NCBI GenBank assembly: GCA_046290225.1
Contig: JBKAGE010000035.1
Span: 352,001-416,000 of the forward strand
Length of the DNA stretch: 64,000 nucleotides
Source of the DNA: Bradymonadia bacterium
GTDB taxonomy: Bacteria; Myxococcota_A; Bradymonadia; UBA7976; UBA1532
Direction: 5' to 3'
Made by a program: the position numbers and the translations under genes. Under the pieces are notes generated by a model. It had not been told where the DNA came from, ran no database searches, and saw only the letters and a list, made by a program, of their open reading frames with translations. Below, piece after piece: positions 55,079 through 64,000 of this stretch; the first letter of the stretch is position 1; each line of letters opens with the position of its first letter.

Positions 55079-55577
55079 TTGTGACTGGGCCTTGGTAGGC
55101 AGTCATCGCTTCGCTCTGCCTGCGTAGGCAGCTTTGTCGGCCGGCCTTCGGCCCGCCTTGGAGCTGCGTACACGTCGGCACACTCGCTGGCGCGAGCAGG
55201 CCTCCGGGTAGGCAGGGTCGCTCAAGGCTTCGCCTTATTCGCTCGCTCCCCTGCGTAAAAAGTCAGTTCTGGTGTGGCTTTGTGCTGCTTCCGACGCTGT
55301 TGGGGCTTACGCCGAGCCTTGGGGCACAGGAGCTTGCAGGCTCGCGGTAGGTCGAGTCCCGGCGGGTCCAGCAATAAGATACAGAAGAAGCTCATTACGC
55401 AGGGGAGCGAGCAAATAGGGCACAGCCCTGAGCGACCCTGCCTACCCGGGAAGGTGCCTGCGTCAGCAGGTGGCTGTACGTGTACGCGACCGACGAGGCG
55501 CATCGAAGATGTGCCGAAGGCCCGGCGCCTACGCAGGCAGAGCGTAGCGATGACTGCCTACAAAGGCCCAGCCACAA
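55079..55577. repeat. Two ~180-bp imperfect inverted copies of a structured element (arms 55079-55258 and 55395-55577)
   Basis: e.g. GTAGGCAGTCATCGCT / AGCGATGACTGCCTAC, CCGGGTAGGCAGGGTCGCTCA / TGAGCGACCCTGCCTACCCGG, GCTCGCTCCCCTGCGTAA / TTACGCAGGGGAGCGAGC. Confidence 0.9.
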
Positions 55578-55624
55578 TGCCCGTCACAGCTCGAGTCGAT
55601 CCTGAATCAGCATTTGAGTCTGCT

Positions 55625-56434
55625 TCAGTAATCGAGGCCGAGGTTGAAGCTGTAGGTCTGGATGCCCTGGGCGAAGCTGGCCTCAGGCGTGAAGTTCACG
55701 TTGGCGAAGATGAAGCGCATGCCGAACACGAACCGATTCAAGAAGGGCTCTTCCTGAGAGAGGACAAAGTTTTGCTGGGGATCGTCGGCGATGGCCGGTG
55801 TAGGATCGAGGACCTCACTGCTGGCAAACACCCAGAGGGGGCTGTACGCCATGTATGGCGCGATGTTCACGACTCCGGCGACGCCAAAGCTCTTGCTCAA
55901 CACAAAGTCCATGTTGAACGACGACAGGTTCATCTGAATTGAGCCCACCATTCGGCTATAGGCTGCTCGGACAGCGAAGTCGACTGGTGCATCGTCAATG
56001 GCTTCGTTCAGCGCCCATTTGCCCTCGGCGCCGAAGGCCCACAACTCACTGTTGATCAGATACGTGGCGCTGCCCCCGACCTCGAAGCTGAAGGGGAGAC
56101 CCTTCCGAATGATGAGGTGGCTCGCCATCAGGGTTGTCGGGGGACTCGAGTCTTCCACGCCCAACTGCCAGTAGTCCTCACTGTCATTGATGTTGGTGAT
56201 GGACAACTGGGTTGCGAATTGGAATCCGTTGATGCCCAGCGTTTCGGCGGGGGCCAACAGCTTGGGCGACAGGGTGCTGCCCAACTCCAGAGCGTATTCT
56301 TTGAAGGCGGCCTGGTCTGGACGACCGTCGGCATCTTGGAAGCGATACAAACTGGGATCATTGTCCTCAGCACCGGCCTGGTGACTGCAGATCATCAGCC
56401 CGAGGAGGGTCCAGCTCGTGAGTGCGCGGCGCAT
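55625..56434 (-). CDS. Putative outer-membrane beta-barrel protein
   Basis: Signal peptide; alternating amphipathic strands (RKGLPFSFEVG, GKWALNE); C-terminal FNLGLDY. Confidence 0.7.
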   Translation of the reverse strand: MRRALTSWTLLGLMICSHQAGAEDNDPSLYRFQDADGRPDQAAFKEYALELGSTLSPKLLAPAETLGINGFQFATQLSITNINDSEDYWQLGVEDSSPPTTLMASHLIIRKGLPFSFEVGGSATYLINSELWAFGAEGKWALNEAIDDAPVDFAVRAAYSRMVGSIQMNLSSFNMDFVLSKSFGVAGVVNIAPYMAYSPLWVFASSEVLDPTPAIADDPQQNFVLSQEEPFLNRFVFGMRFIFANVNFTPEASFAQGIQTYSFNLGLDY

Positions 56435-56614
56435 GGTCAGCTCCACTGAATGTATGGGCTTTTCTTAGCAATCTGTGGTGGATAGAGCAAGGGGGAGGGC
56501 AATCGTACGTAGAGGAGCCTGACCTTGGCTCTGGTGCGGCCTCAGTTATGTGTTGTCATGGAGGCGCAGGGGCTGAGGTGGGGCGCAGCAAGTAGAGAGT
56601 TTTTTGGGTGAGAA

Positions 56615-56630
56615 TGTTTCACGTGGAACT
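56615..56630. promoter_or_regulatory. parS centromere-like site
   Basis: TGTTTCACGTGGAACT versus consensus TGTTTCACGTGAAACA; adjacent half-site GTGAAACA at 56631-56638; about 8.5 kb from oriC. Confidence 0.8.
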
Positions 56631-56646
56631 GTGAAACAGAGTGCGC

Positions 56647-58551
56647 TCACTCTTTTTCGTACACTGCCCAGTAGGGGATGTGGTTGCCACTCTCGAGGCT
56701 TTGGCCGGGGAGCCAGAATGCCGGTGAAGAGGGATCTTCGCCCCGTGCTGCGGCTTCAGGATCAATGGCAGTGATCCAAATTTGTGGGTTGGCGAATTGC
56801 CTCTGGTCGTTTTCGAGGCGGTGTCCATAGTTACGGGTGCTGCTGAAGGCAACCCAGAGGCGACCCCGCCCGTCATCGGGTGCCCACTTGGGCCAGCTGT
56901 TGCCCAACAATGCGCCCTGATTGGCTCGGCTGAGAGGGATGGGGGCACCCCCAGTGCTGTCGATGAACCACAGCTCTGAGTTCGGGTTGCCCATGTCATC
57001 GTCAGGGTTTGGGTCAGAGCCAATGCTGTTGTAGACCACCCAGTCTCCATCAGGAGAGAAGGCAGGACGGTCAAGCCAGCGCTCAGCAGGCTTTTGAACC
57101 AGAAGCTCGGGCATCTGCCACATGCCATCGACCAGCTGCCAACGATAGATGTCCGCGCTGTTGATGCCTGCATCGGGGAGGGGATTGGCCAAGCCAGAGG
57201 GGCCAATGGCTGCAACGATGCGATCACCCTGCCAGGACCAGTCAGGCGAGCCACCGACTGTGCTTGCAGGCAGAGGCAGCTGATCCATCTGTGCCCCAGT
57301 GTCAGCATTTCTGATGAGCAGTTGCCCGTTCGACCCAGCGACGATTTGCACGTTGTCAGGGGCCCAGCTGGGGAAGTAGCCCGCGATCCCCGTGGGGTCG
57401 TAGAGCATGTCAGCGGGGGCATCCACGAGGGATGTGGCCATGTCACCGAAGGGCGGGAAGCTGGTGCGCGTGAAGGCGATACGGCTGCCATCTCGCGATA
57501 GGGCATGGCATGCCGGACAGTTGATTTGAGGGGCTGTCTGAGGGTTCAGGAAAGCCTCTGCCTCATCACCTGGAGCCAGCCGCATGATGCCGGAATCAGC
57601 AGTCGACCAGTAGTAGATGGCGCCCTGAAGACTGGATGTATCGACGGTGAAGGCGTTGGTGGCCGTCGCGCAGGCGATGGGCCCATCACCCCCCAAGCCA
57701 TAGATCGTGAGGCGCAGGGGCTGACCCACCGCCGCTTGCTGCAACAGGCTGGCCCAGGAGCCTTCAGCGGGCGTGTATGCATTCTGGTTCGTGTAGTATC
57801 GGACGCTGCTGTTGCCTGCCTCGAAGGACAACATGAAGAGATCGTGGCCGTTGGTGTCCCACTGAAACTCTACGCCGGTGATGGTGCGGGGGAACACAGT
57901 GAAGGGCTCAGGGTAGAGCAGGACAGGGGGGCTGCACTCACCATCCCTGGGCGCCTCGGCAAAGCGCTCTGGAGCGTTGGGATCAGTGCCTTCAGCGACG
58001 ATGTCAGCTGAGCCTGCGATCTCTACAGTGGCGAATGCAGAGACGCCGTCCAGTCGGGCTTCCACCCGGCCCATGCCCAGCTGGTTGTTGCTGGTGAAGA
58101 GGCCATTTTCATCGATGGTGCCCAAGGTGGTGGGATTCAACAACCATTCGGCCTCGTTGCCGTCGATGGCGGTCGCGACCCCTTCCTCATCGACATCCTC
58201 GAGGGTGAACTGAGCTGTTGGCGGTACATTGCCGATCTCGAGCCGAATGCTCTCAGGGGTGAGCCGCAGACCTGGTTGAATGCCTGCGTCAGGCATGGGC
58301 GCCATGCCGCCGGCACCACCTGCCATCATGCCACCAGCACCGCCCTCGGCCATGCCGCCAGCACCACCCATTCCACCCTCTCCGCCAGCACCTCCAGGCT
58401 CAGCATCGAGCATGATGTCCCGGCCGCCGGAGCCCCCTTGACCTTGATCGGGCTCACCTGTAGCCGAGGTGCTGTCGTCACATGCCGTGAGACAGCCAAT
58501 GCTCAGCAGGGCGGTGGCAAGCCACCCCCTGCGGTGAAGACGGATATGCAT
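56647..58551 (-). CDS. Lipoprotein with Gly-rich linker, Ig-like domain and TolB-like (PD40) beta-propeller
   Basis: Lipobox LTAC-DD; GGAGG repeats; LSRDGSRIAF, PSWAPD, PDWS, PAFSPDG, PKWAP. Confidence 0.75.
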   Translation of the reverse strand: MHIRLHRRGWLATALLSIGCLTACDDSTSATGEPDQGQGGSGGRDIMLDAEPGGAGGEGGMGGAGGMAEGGAGGMMAGGAGGMAPMPDAGIQPGLRLTPESIRLEIGNVPPTAQFTLEDVDEEGVATAIDGNEAEWLLNPTTLGTIDENGLFTSNNQLGMGRVEARLDGVSAFATVEIAGSADIVAEGTDPNAPERFAEAPRDGECSPPVLLYPEPFTVFPRTITGVEFQWDTNGHDLFMLSFEAGNSSVRYYTNQNAYTPAEGSWASLLQQAAVGQPLRLTIYGLGGDGPIACATATNAFTVDTSSLQGAIYYWSTADSGIMRLAPGDEAEAFLNPQTAPQINCPACHALSRDGSRIAFTRTSFPPFGDMATSLVDAPADMLYDPTGIAGYFPSWAPDNVQIVAGSNGQLLIRNADTGAQMDQLPLPASTVGGSPDWSWQGDRIVAAIGPSGLANPLPDAGINSADIYRWQLVDGMWQMPELLVQKPAERWLDRPAFSPDGDWVVYNSIGSDPNPDDDMGNPNSELWFIDSTGGAPIPLSRANQGALLGNSWPKWAPDDGRGRLWVAFSSTRNYGHRLENDQRQFANPQIWITAIDPEAAARGEDPSSPAFWLPGQSLESGNHIPYWAVYEKE

Positions 58552-58630
58552 GATTCCTCCAGAGCGTGAGGCTGATGCGTGGGCATCTCCTCAGAAAGCA
58601 GGGCAGCTTAACTTCTGGAGCGGAGCAGCT

Positions 58631-59143
58631 TCAATCACTCGGTGAAGGTGGTCGTGGTCGAGCGAGGCCAGGCACATTCAGGAGCCGTACCCACAAGAAA
58701 GCCATCAGGCCGTATGTCACGACGCCGAGGCAACATGCGCCAAAGATGAAACCCCAGCCTGAGCCGATGATTTCGGGGGGGCTTAAAATCGCGATCAAAG
58801 CGACTGCACCACCTGGAGGGTGAATCGCGTCGAGAAGCACCATCAGGGTGATCGTAAGCCCCAAGGACAACCCCAGGGCCAGTGGATCTGGAAAATCCAA
58901 AGATCGCACCAGAACGCCAACAACCGCAGCGATGAGGTGGCCAAGGATGAGATTTCGTGGTCGGGCAATGGGGGCGTCGTGCAAACACAACAGGACAACT
59001 GAGGTGGCGCCGTATGATCCGATGAGCATGATCATGCCGGTGTGTTGGGCCCAGAGGTGCGCGAGCCAACCGAACACACCCATGCACACCGCACAACCAA
59101 GACCCATCAGAGCCGCAGAGCGGACTCGGAGTGCCAGTGTCAT
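58631..59143 (-). CDS. HPP family integral membrane protein
   Basis: GSYGATSV...PIARPRNLILGH...HPPGGA. Confidence 0.88.
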   Translation of the reverse strand: MTLALRVRSAALMGLGCAVCMGVFGWLAHLWAQHTGMIMLIGSYGATSVVLLCLHDAPIARPRNLILGHLIAAVVGVLVRSLDFPDPLALGLSLGLTITLMVLLDAIHPPGGAVALIAILSPPEIIGSGWGFIFGACCLGVVTYGLMAFLWVRLLNVPGLARPRPPSPSD

Positions 59144-59147
59144 GGCT

Positions 59148-59819
59148 TTAGATTCCGACTAACTCACGGATGTGGTCGGAGGCCGTCTGGGAGCGTGCGG
59201 AGAGCGCTCGGATCTCCTGAGCCACGACCTCGAAAGCTCGGCCTGCATCGCCCGCACGGGCCGCCTCGATGGTGGCATTGAGTGAGATCATACGCACCTG
59301 ATTGGTGATTCGGGCAATTTCGTCGAGTACGCCGCTGACAGCGTCGCTTTGCTGGTTGAGTAAGTGTTGGTGGTCATCTGCAAAGGCCTGGGTGAGCCGA
59401 TTGAGGATGGCCAGAAACTCTGTAGTCGTAAATCGAGTCAACTGGTCGATGACTTCTTGGGAAGGCTGAGCTTGATTTGCCAACCCTTCTACTTGCTGGA
59501 GCCAACCGTCAATGGTGGCCTTTGCTTCAGTGGGGGCATCGAACAAGATTTGCCTCGCAGTCGGCGAAAACAAAGGCGGCACGTGTAGTTTCTGATCTCC
59601 ATCGATGAGCATACCCAAGATGCCCTTGAACGCCTGCAAGATCTGAGAGAGCTCAGTATGTGCTGATGCGCGCTTCTCTGAATCTGGGGTCACTGTGATG
59701 ATGTTGAGAAACAACATGGCACGATGTGACAGCATGCGTAGCTTGCCTGCTGAGTTGATCAGCTGACCATATGCGGATTTCTGTAGACCCAGTTGTTGCT
59801 TGTCCGTTGAGCCCGACAT
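59148..59819 (-). CDS. Small soluble chemoreceptor: PilJ/NarX-like sensor domain plus truncated MCP hairpin
   Basis: [14 protein letters not shown] (NarX P-box-like); [37 protein letters not shown] before MSGSTDK. Confidence 0.8.
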   Translation of the reverse strand: MSGSTDKQQLGLQKSAYGQLINSAGKLRMLSHRAMLFLNIITVTPDSEKRASAHTELSQILQAFKGILGMLIDGDQKLHVPPLFSPTARQILFDAPTEAKATIDGWLQQVEGLANQAQPSQEVIDQLTRFTTTEFLAILNRLTQAFADDHQHLLNQQSDAVSGVLDEIARITNQVRMISLNATIEAARAGDAGRAFEVVAQEIRALSARSQTASDHIRELVGI

Positions 59820-59890
59820 CGCGTTCTCCATAGATGATGGATCTTCATCGGAAGAAGGAGAGGCTTTTCTGAAGTGTTCTTTGGGCTGAA

Positions 59891-61750
59891 TTACCTTCGG
59901 CCTGCCCTGAAATGGCTCAGCGCGTCGTGTATTTCGGTGGCCAGAGTCCATCCGATGCCCGGCACATCTGCGATCTCGTCGATGGGGGCATTTTTGAGGG
60001 CTTTGACGCTGCCGAAGGTCTTGAGCAGCGTCTTCTTGCGCCAGGGGCCCACGCCAGGGATGGCGTCGAGCACGCTGTCGAAGTTGCGCCCCATGCGAAG
60101 TTTCCTGTGAAACGTGATCGCAAAGCGGTGGGCTTCGTCGCGCAGGCGGGCCATCAAGAACATCTCGTCGGTGTTCGGCCGTAGGATGATGGGATCTTTC
60201 ACGTTGGGTTTGAACACCCGCTCGTCTGATCTCTCCATGCCGCGATTGTCGTCTCGGGGGCCATCCAGCACTCGGGCTTTCGCAAGGCCCACGACGTCTA
60301 CCCCCTCGATGCCCAGATCTTTGAACACCGCCAAGGCGACGTTCAGTTGGCCCTTACCACCATCGACGACGATCAGATCTGGCAGATCACTTTCTTTGAG
60401 GCCTCGCTTCAGACGACGAATCAGCACCTCACGCATCATCGCGTAGTCATCAGTGCCCTCGACATGCCTGATTTTGTAGTGCCGGTAGGCCGAGCGTTTG
60501 GGTAATCCACTCTCGAAGACCACCCGAGATGCCACAGGTGCGGTGCCCTGGAACAGCGAGATGTCATAGCACTCCATCGTCCGGGGGAAATTGCTCAGCT
60601 TGAGCCGCTTCTGCAGACGCTCGAGCCCCTTGTGACGTACATCTTCGGAGCGTCGCGCTTGGAAGAATGCCTGCTCTGCGTTCTTGGCCGCCATCTCCAT
60701 CAGGCGTTTGTTGGGGCCTCTCTGAGGCACCTTGATGACGCTCTTGCGACCCCTCACTTGAGTGAGACGTGCTGTAAGTGCCTCTTGCCCTTCAGCGGGT
60801 ACAGGCAGCAACACCTCGTCGGGCACCTCGTGACCTCCGTTGTAGTAGAGGTTCAGGAAGGTACTCACCATCTCCTCGTCAGGGCACTCCTGGTTCTCGA
60901 AGCTGAAGGTCTTGGAGCCCACGAGCTTGCCCGAGCGGATGAACAACAAAGCGATCTCGACAAGGCTGCCCTCTCGATAGAGCCCCATGACGTCACGATC
61001 GATGTTCTGTTGGACCACGACCTGCTGAGGTTGAAGGCTGGTCTCGATGGCCCGCACTCGATCACGGAGCACCGCCGCACGCTCGAAGTCCATGAGCTCT
61101 GCGGCCTTGATCATCTGCGCTTTGAGCTGCTCTACGAGATCGGCCTTACGACCCTGTAGGAACATCATGACGTCGCGGACTTCTTGTCGGTAGCTCTCCT
61201 CGAGGTTGGGCAACACACAGGGCGCCGAGCAACGTTTGATCTGGTACTGCAGACAGGGCCGAGCCCGATTGTGGAACGTGCCGTCTTCGCAACCACGCAG
61301 CTGGAAGTTGCGCTCGATGATTTTCACCGTCTCACGGAGCTTGCTTGCCGAATAGTACGGGCCGAAATAGCGAGCGCCGTCGTCTTGCACTCGGCGCACC
61401 ACCGAGAGGCGAGGCCATTGCTCCCGCTCGTCGATGCGGATGTGCAGGAAGCCCTTGCCGTCTTTCAGGCGCACGTTGAAACGCGGTTGGTGGCGCTTGA
61501 TCAGCTCCGCTTCGAGGATCAGCGCTTCAGCTTCGTTGTTGGTGATGAGCACCTGAACGTCGTGAAGCAGTTTGTCGAGCAGGCTGACGAAGTAGCGGGT
61601 ATCGCTGGTGTTGCCGAAGTACTGGCTCAGGCGTTTGCTCAGGTTGGCCGCCTTGCCCACATAGAAGATCTCTCCGTCGGCGCCCTTCATCAGGTACACC
61701 CCAGGATCATGTGGGATCAGGGCCAGATCAGTCTCGGGGTTGAACGGCAT
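59891..61750 (-). CDS. uvrC: Excinuclease ABC subunit C
   Basis: PGVYLM..YVGKA (GIY-YIG), [28 protein letters not shown], HhH motifs. Confidence 0.97.
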   Translation of the reverse strand: MPFNPETDLALIPHDPGVYLMKGADGEIFYVGKAANLSKRLSQYFGNTSDTRYFVSLLDKLLHDVQVLITNNEAEALILEAELIKRHQPRFNVRLKDGKGFLHIRIDEREQWPRLSVVRRVQDDGARYFGPYYSASKLRETVKIIERNFQLRGCEDGTFHNRARPCLQYQIKRCSAPCVLPNLEESYRQEVRDVMMFLQGRKADLVEQLKAQMIKAAELMDFERAAVLRDRVRAIETSLQPQQVVVQQNIDRDVMGLYREGSLVEIALLFIRSGKLVGSKTFSFENQECPDEEMVSTFLNLYYNGGHEVPDEVLLPVPAEGQEALTARLTQVRGRKSVIKVPQRGPNKRLMEMAAKNAEQAFFQARRSEDVRHKGLERLQKRLKLSNFPRTMECYDISLFQGTAPVASRVVFESGLPKRSAYRHYKIRHVEGTDDYAMMREVLIRRLKRGLKESDLPDLIVVDGGKGQLNVALAVFKDLGIEGVDVVGLAKARVLDGPRDDNRGMERSDERVFKPNVKDPIILRPNTDEMFLMARLRDEAHRFAITFHRKLRMGRNFDSVLDAIPGVGPWRKKTLLKTFGSVKALKNAPIDEIADVPGIGWTLATEIHDALSHFRAGRR

Positions 61751-61760
61751 CTGAACCTCT

Positions 61761-63767
61761 CTACAGGGTCAACAGAAGCTTCTCGAGGGTGAGCATCTTG
61801 TCACGGACCTCGGCGGCCTTCTCGAACTCGAGCTCTGAGGCGTGTTGCCGCATCTCGTTCTTGAGGCCCTCGATCTGGCGTTCGAGATCTTTCTTGTCGT
61901 CCAGCGTACTCAGGGTCTCGGCGATCAGGCTGGCTTCGGCCCGTTGCTTCTCGTCGTCGATGAGCGACTCCACCACCTGCTCGAGATCAGTGATCGACTT
62001 GGTCACCGTTCTCGGGGTGATGCCGTGCTTCTCGTTGTAGGTGATCTGCTTGTTGCGTCGGCGGTCGGTCTCTTCGATGGCCGCCGTCATCGATTTGGTC
62101 ATGCGATCGGCATACAAGATCACTCGACCCTTGGCGTTGCGTGCGGCGCGGCCGATGGTCTGAATCAGTGAGGTACGGTTTCTGAGGAAGCCCTCTTTGT
62201 CGGCGTCGAGGATCGCCACCAAGCCCACCTCGGGCAGGTCGAGCCCCTCTCGGAGTAGGTTGATGCCCACGAGCACGTCGAACTTGCCCAAGCGCAGATC
62301 TCTCAAGATGGCCGTGCGCTCGATGGTGTCGATGTCGCTGTGCAGATACTTCACCTGCACACCCACCTCTCTGAAGTAGTCAGTGAGATCTTCGCTCATG
62401 CGTTTGGTGAGGGTGGTCACCAGAACCCGCATGCCCTGATCGACCGTGGGGCGAATCTCGCCGAGCAGATCATCGACCTGATCGAGCGCTGGTCGAACCT
62501 CGACGACTGGATCGAGCAAACCGGTGGGGCGGATGATCTGCTCCACCACCACCCCCTCTGATTGCTCGAGCTCCCAATCGCCGGGGGTGGCCGAGACAAA
62601 GATGGCCTGACGTACCAGGCCTTCGAACTCCTCGAACTTGAGCGGGCGGTTGTCGCGGGCGGAGGGCAGACGAAACCCGTGATCGACGAGGACATCTTTT
62701 CGGGATCGGTCGCCGCGATACATGCCCGAGACCTGAGGGATCGTCACATGGCTCTCGTCGACCACGAGCACCCAGTCTTTGGGGAAGTAGTCGAGCAGGC
62801 AGGGTGGTGGCTCACCGGGCTCACGACCTGTGAGGAACCGGGAGTAGTTCTCGATGCCACTGCAGTAACCGAGCTGTTCGAGCTGCTCGATGTCGAACAT
62901 CGTGCGTTGCTCGATGCGTTGCGCTTCGAGCAGCTTGCCCTGAGCATTGAAGAGCTGGATGCGCTCTCGAAGCTCGTCCTGAATCTCGGTGATTGCCTCT
63001 TTGAGCCGCCGGGTGCCCACGACGTAGTGGCTACCAGGGTAGATGGCGATCTTGTCGAGGCTGGCGATCTTGCGACCTCTCAAGGGATCGATCTCGTGGA
63101 TCGAATCGACCTCGTCGCCGAAGAACTCGATGCGGTAGGCGTTCTCTTCGGAGTGCACGGGGAACACCTCGATGATGTCGCCCCGCACCCTGAAGGTGCC
63201 GCGGTGGAAGTCGTAGTCGTTGCGGTCGTATTGAATCGAGACCAGCTGCGCCATGACCTCGTCGCGGTCGATGCGCTGGCCTTCTTCCAGAGCGACGAGC
63301 TGGTTGTAGTACGCCTCTGCTGAGCCCAGGCCATAGATGCACGACACGCTGCTCACGATGATCACGTCGCGGCGCTCCAACAAGGAGCGGGTGGCGGCGT
63401 GGCGCATGCGATCGATCTCTTCGTTGATGCTCGACACCTTCTCGATGAAGGTATCGCTCACCGGCACGTAGGCCTCGGGCTGGTAGTAGTCGTAGTAGCT
63501 GACGAAGTATTCGACGGCGTTGTTGGGGAACAGCGCCTTCAACTCTCCGTACAACTGGGCAGCCAGAGTCTTGTTGTGGGCCAGGACCAGGGCAGGTCGC
63601 TGCGTCTCGGCGAGCACGTTGGCGATGGTGAACGTCTTACCTGTACCCGTGGCGCCGAGGAGTACCTGGCGGGGCAGGCCCATGTTGAGACCTTCCACAA
63701 GCTGTTCGATGGCCTGTGGTTGATCGCCTTGAGGTGTGAACTCGCTGACAAGCTCGATGGGATTCAT
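61761..63767 (-). CDS. uvrB: Excinuclease ABC subunit B
   Basis: [52 protein letters not shown]; start re-assigned to MNPIEL. Confidence 0.98.
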   Translation of the reverse strand: MNPIELVSEFTPQGDQPQAIEQLVEGLNMGLPRQVLLGATGTGKTFTIANVLAETQRPALVLAHNKTLAAQLYGELKALFPNNAVEYFVSYYDYYQPEAYVPVSDTFIEKVSSINEEIDRMRHAATRSLLERRDVIIVSSVSCIYGLGSAEAYYNQLVALEEGQRIDRDEVMAQLVSIQYDRNDYDFHRGTFRVRGDIIEVFPVHSEENAYRIEFFGDEVDSIHEIDPLRGRKIASLDKIAIYPGSHYVVGTRRLKEAITEIQDELRERIQLFNAQGKLLEAQRIEQRTMFDIEQLEQLGYCSGIENYSRFLTGREPGEPPPCLLDYFPKDWVLVVDESHVTIPQVSGMYRGDRSRKDVLVDHGFRLPSARDNRPLKFEEFEGLVRQAIFVSATPGDWELEQSEGVVVEQIIRPTGLLDPVVEVRPALDQVDDLLGEIRPTVDQGMRVLVTTLTKRMSEDLTDYFREVGVQVKYLHSDIDTIERTAILRDLRLGKFDVLVGINLLREGLDLPEVGLVAILDADKEGFLRNRTSLIQTIGRAARNAKGRVILYADRMTKSMTAAIEETDRRRNKQITYNEKHGITPRTVTKSITDLEQVVESLIDDEKQRAEASLIAETLSTLDDKKDLERQIEGLKNEMRQHASELEFEKAAEVRDKMLTLEKLLLTL

Positions 63768-63768
63768 T

Positions 63769-63785
63769 CTGCTCAACCGTTCAGT
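63769..63785. promoter_or_regulatory. Possible myxobacterial-type LexA box upstream of uvrB
   Basis: CTGCTCAACCGTTCAGT resembles the Myxococcus LexA motif (CT..N..GTTCAG), directly before the uvrB start. Confidence 0.35.
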
Positions 63786-64000
63786 GTAGACCGATGGATG
63801 ATGCCATGTTTCGACCGACAGTTGCACCGCCTGTCATGGACTAGATCGAGTCTGATGGCACTGAATGACAGGTATATGTCAGGTTTTTTTCAGGCAGGTT
63901 GGGCTTGAGCGAGATCGATGATGGGGAGCATCTGGTTCACCATTCGGTGAAGATCATCTGCAGAGGCATCATCTTGTGCTTGGGCAGAGAGCGCTTGGAG

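Noticed and set aside
55274..55942. 222-aa ORF and other short ORFs over the inverted repeat
   Set aside because: They run through the repeat arms and antisense to the beta-barrel gene; no protein-like features.

Overview
High-GC bacterial chromosome window spanning the replication origin. Protein families (PilZ, DUF1592/DUF1552, Cys-rich lipoproteins, split atp operon) suggest Myxococcota or a related deltaproteobacterial lineage; this is inference. Core block: atpCDGAHFF', a DnaC/IstB-like ATPase with a DnaD-like partner, gyrB, jag, yidC, yidD, rnpA, rpmH | dnaA, an inserted AraC gene, oriC (DnaA boxes plus DnaA-trios), dnaN, recF, murA, metK, a parS site, uvrC and uvrB. The accessory left third holds the most interesting system: a co-oriented putative RiPP cassette (PqqD/RRE, 2342-aa Ig/FG-GAP lipoprotein, 67-aa YxxP-leader two-Cys precursor, HprK-like P-loop protein, radical SAM/SPASM, S24/S26 peptidase). 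Also notable: an ammonium transporter fused to a methyl-accepting chemotaxis domain, a NarX-P-box mini-chemoreceptor coupled to an HPP protein, a ~180-bp structured element in two inverted copies with compensatory base changes, and an Asp/Trp-rich GGC-repeat surface protein. All calls come from reading motifs by eye; no searches were run. Several starts were re-assigned from the ORF track using RBS and overlap evidence.
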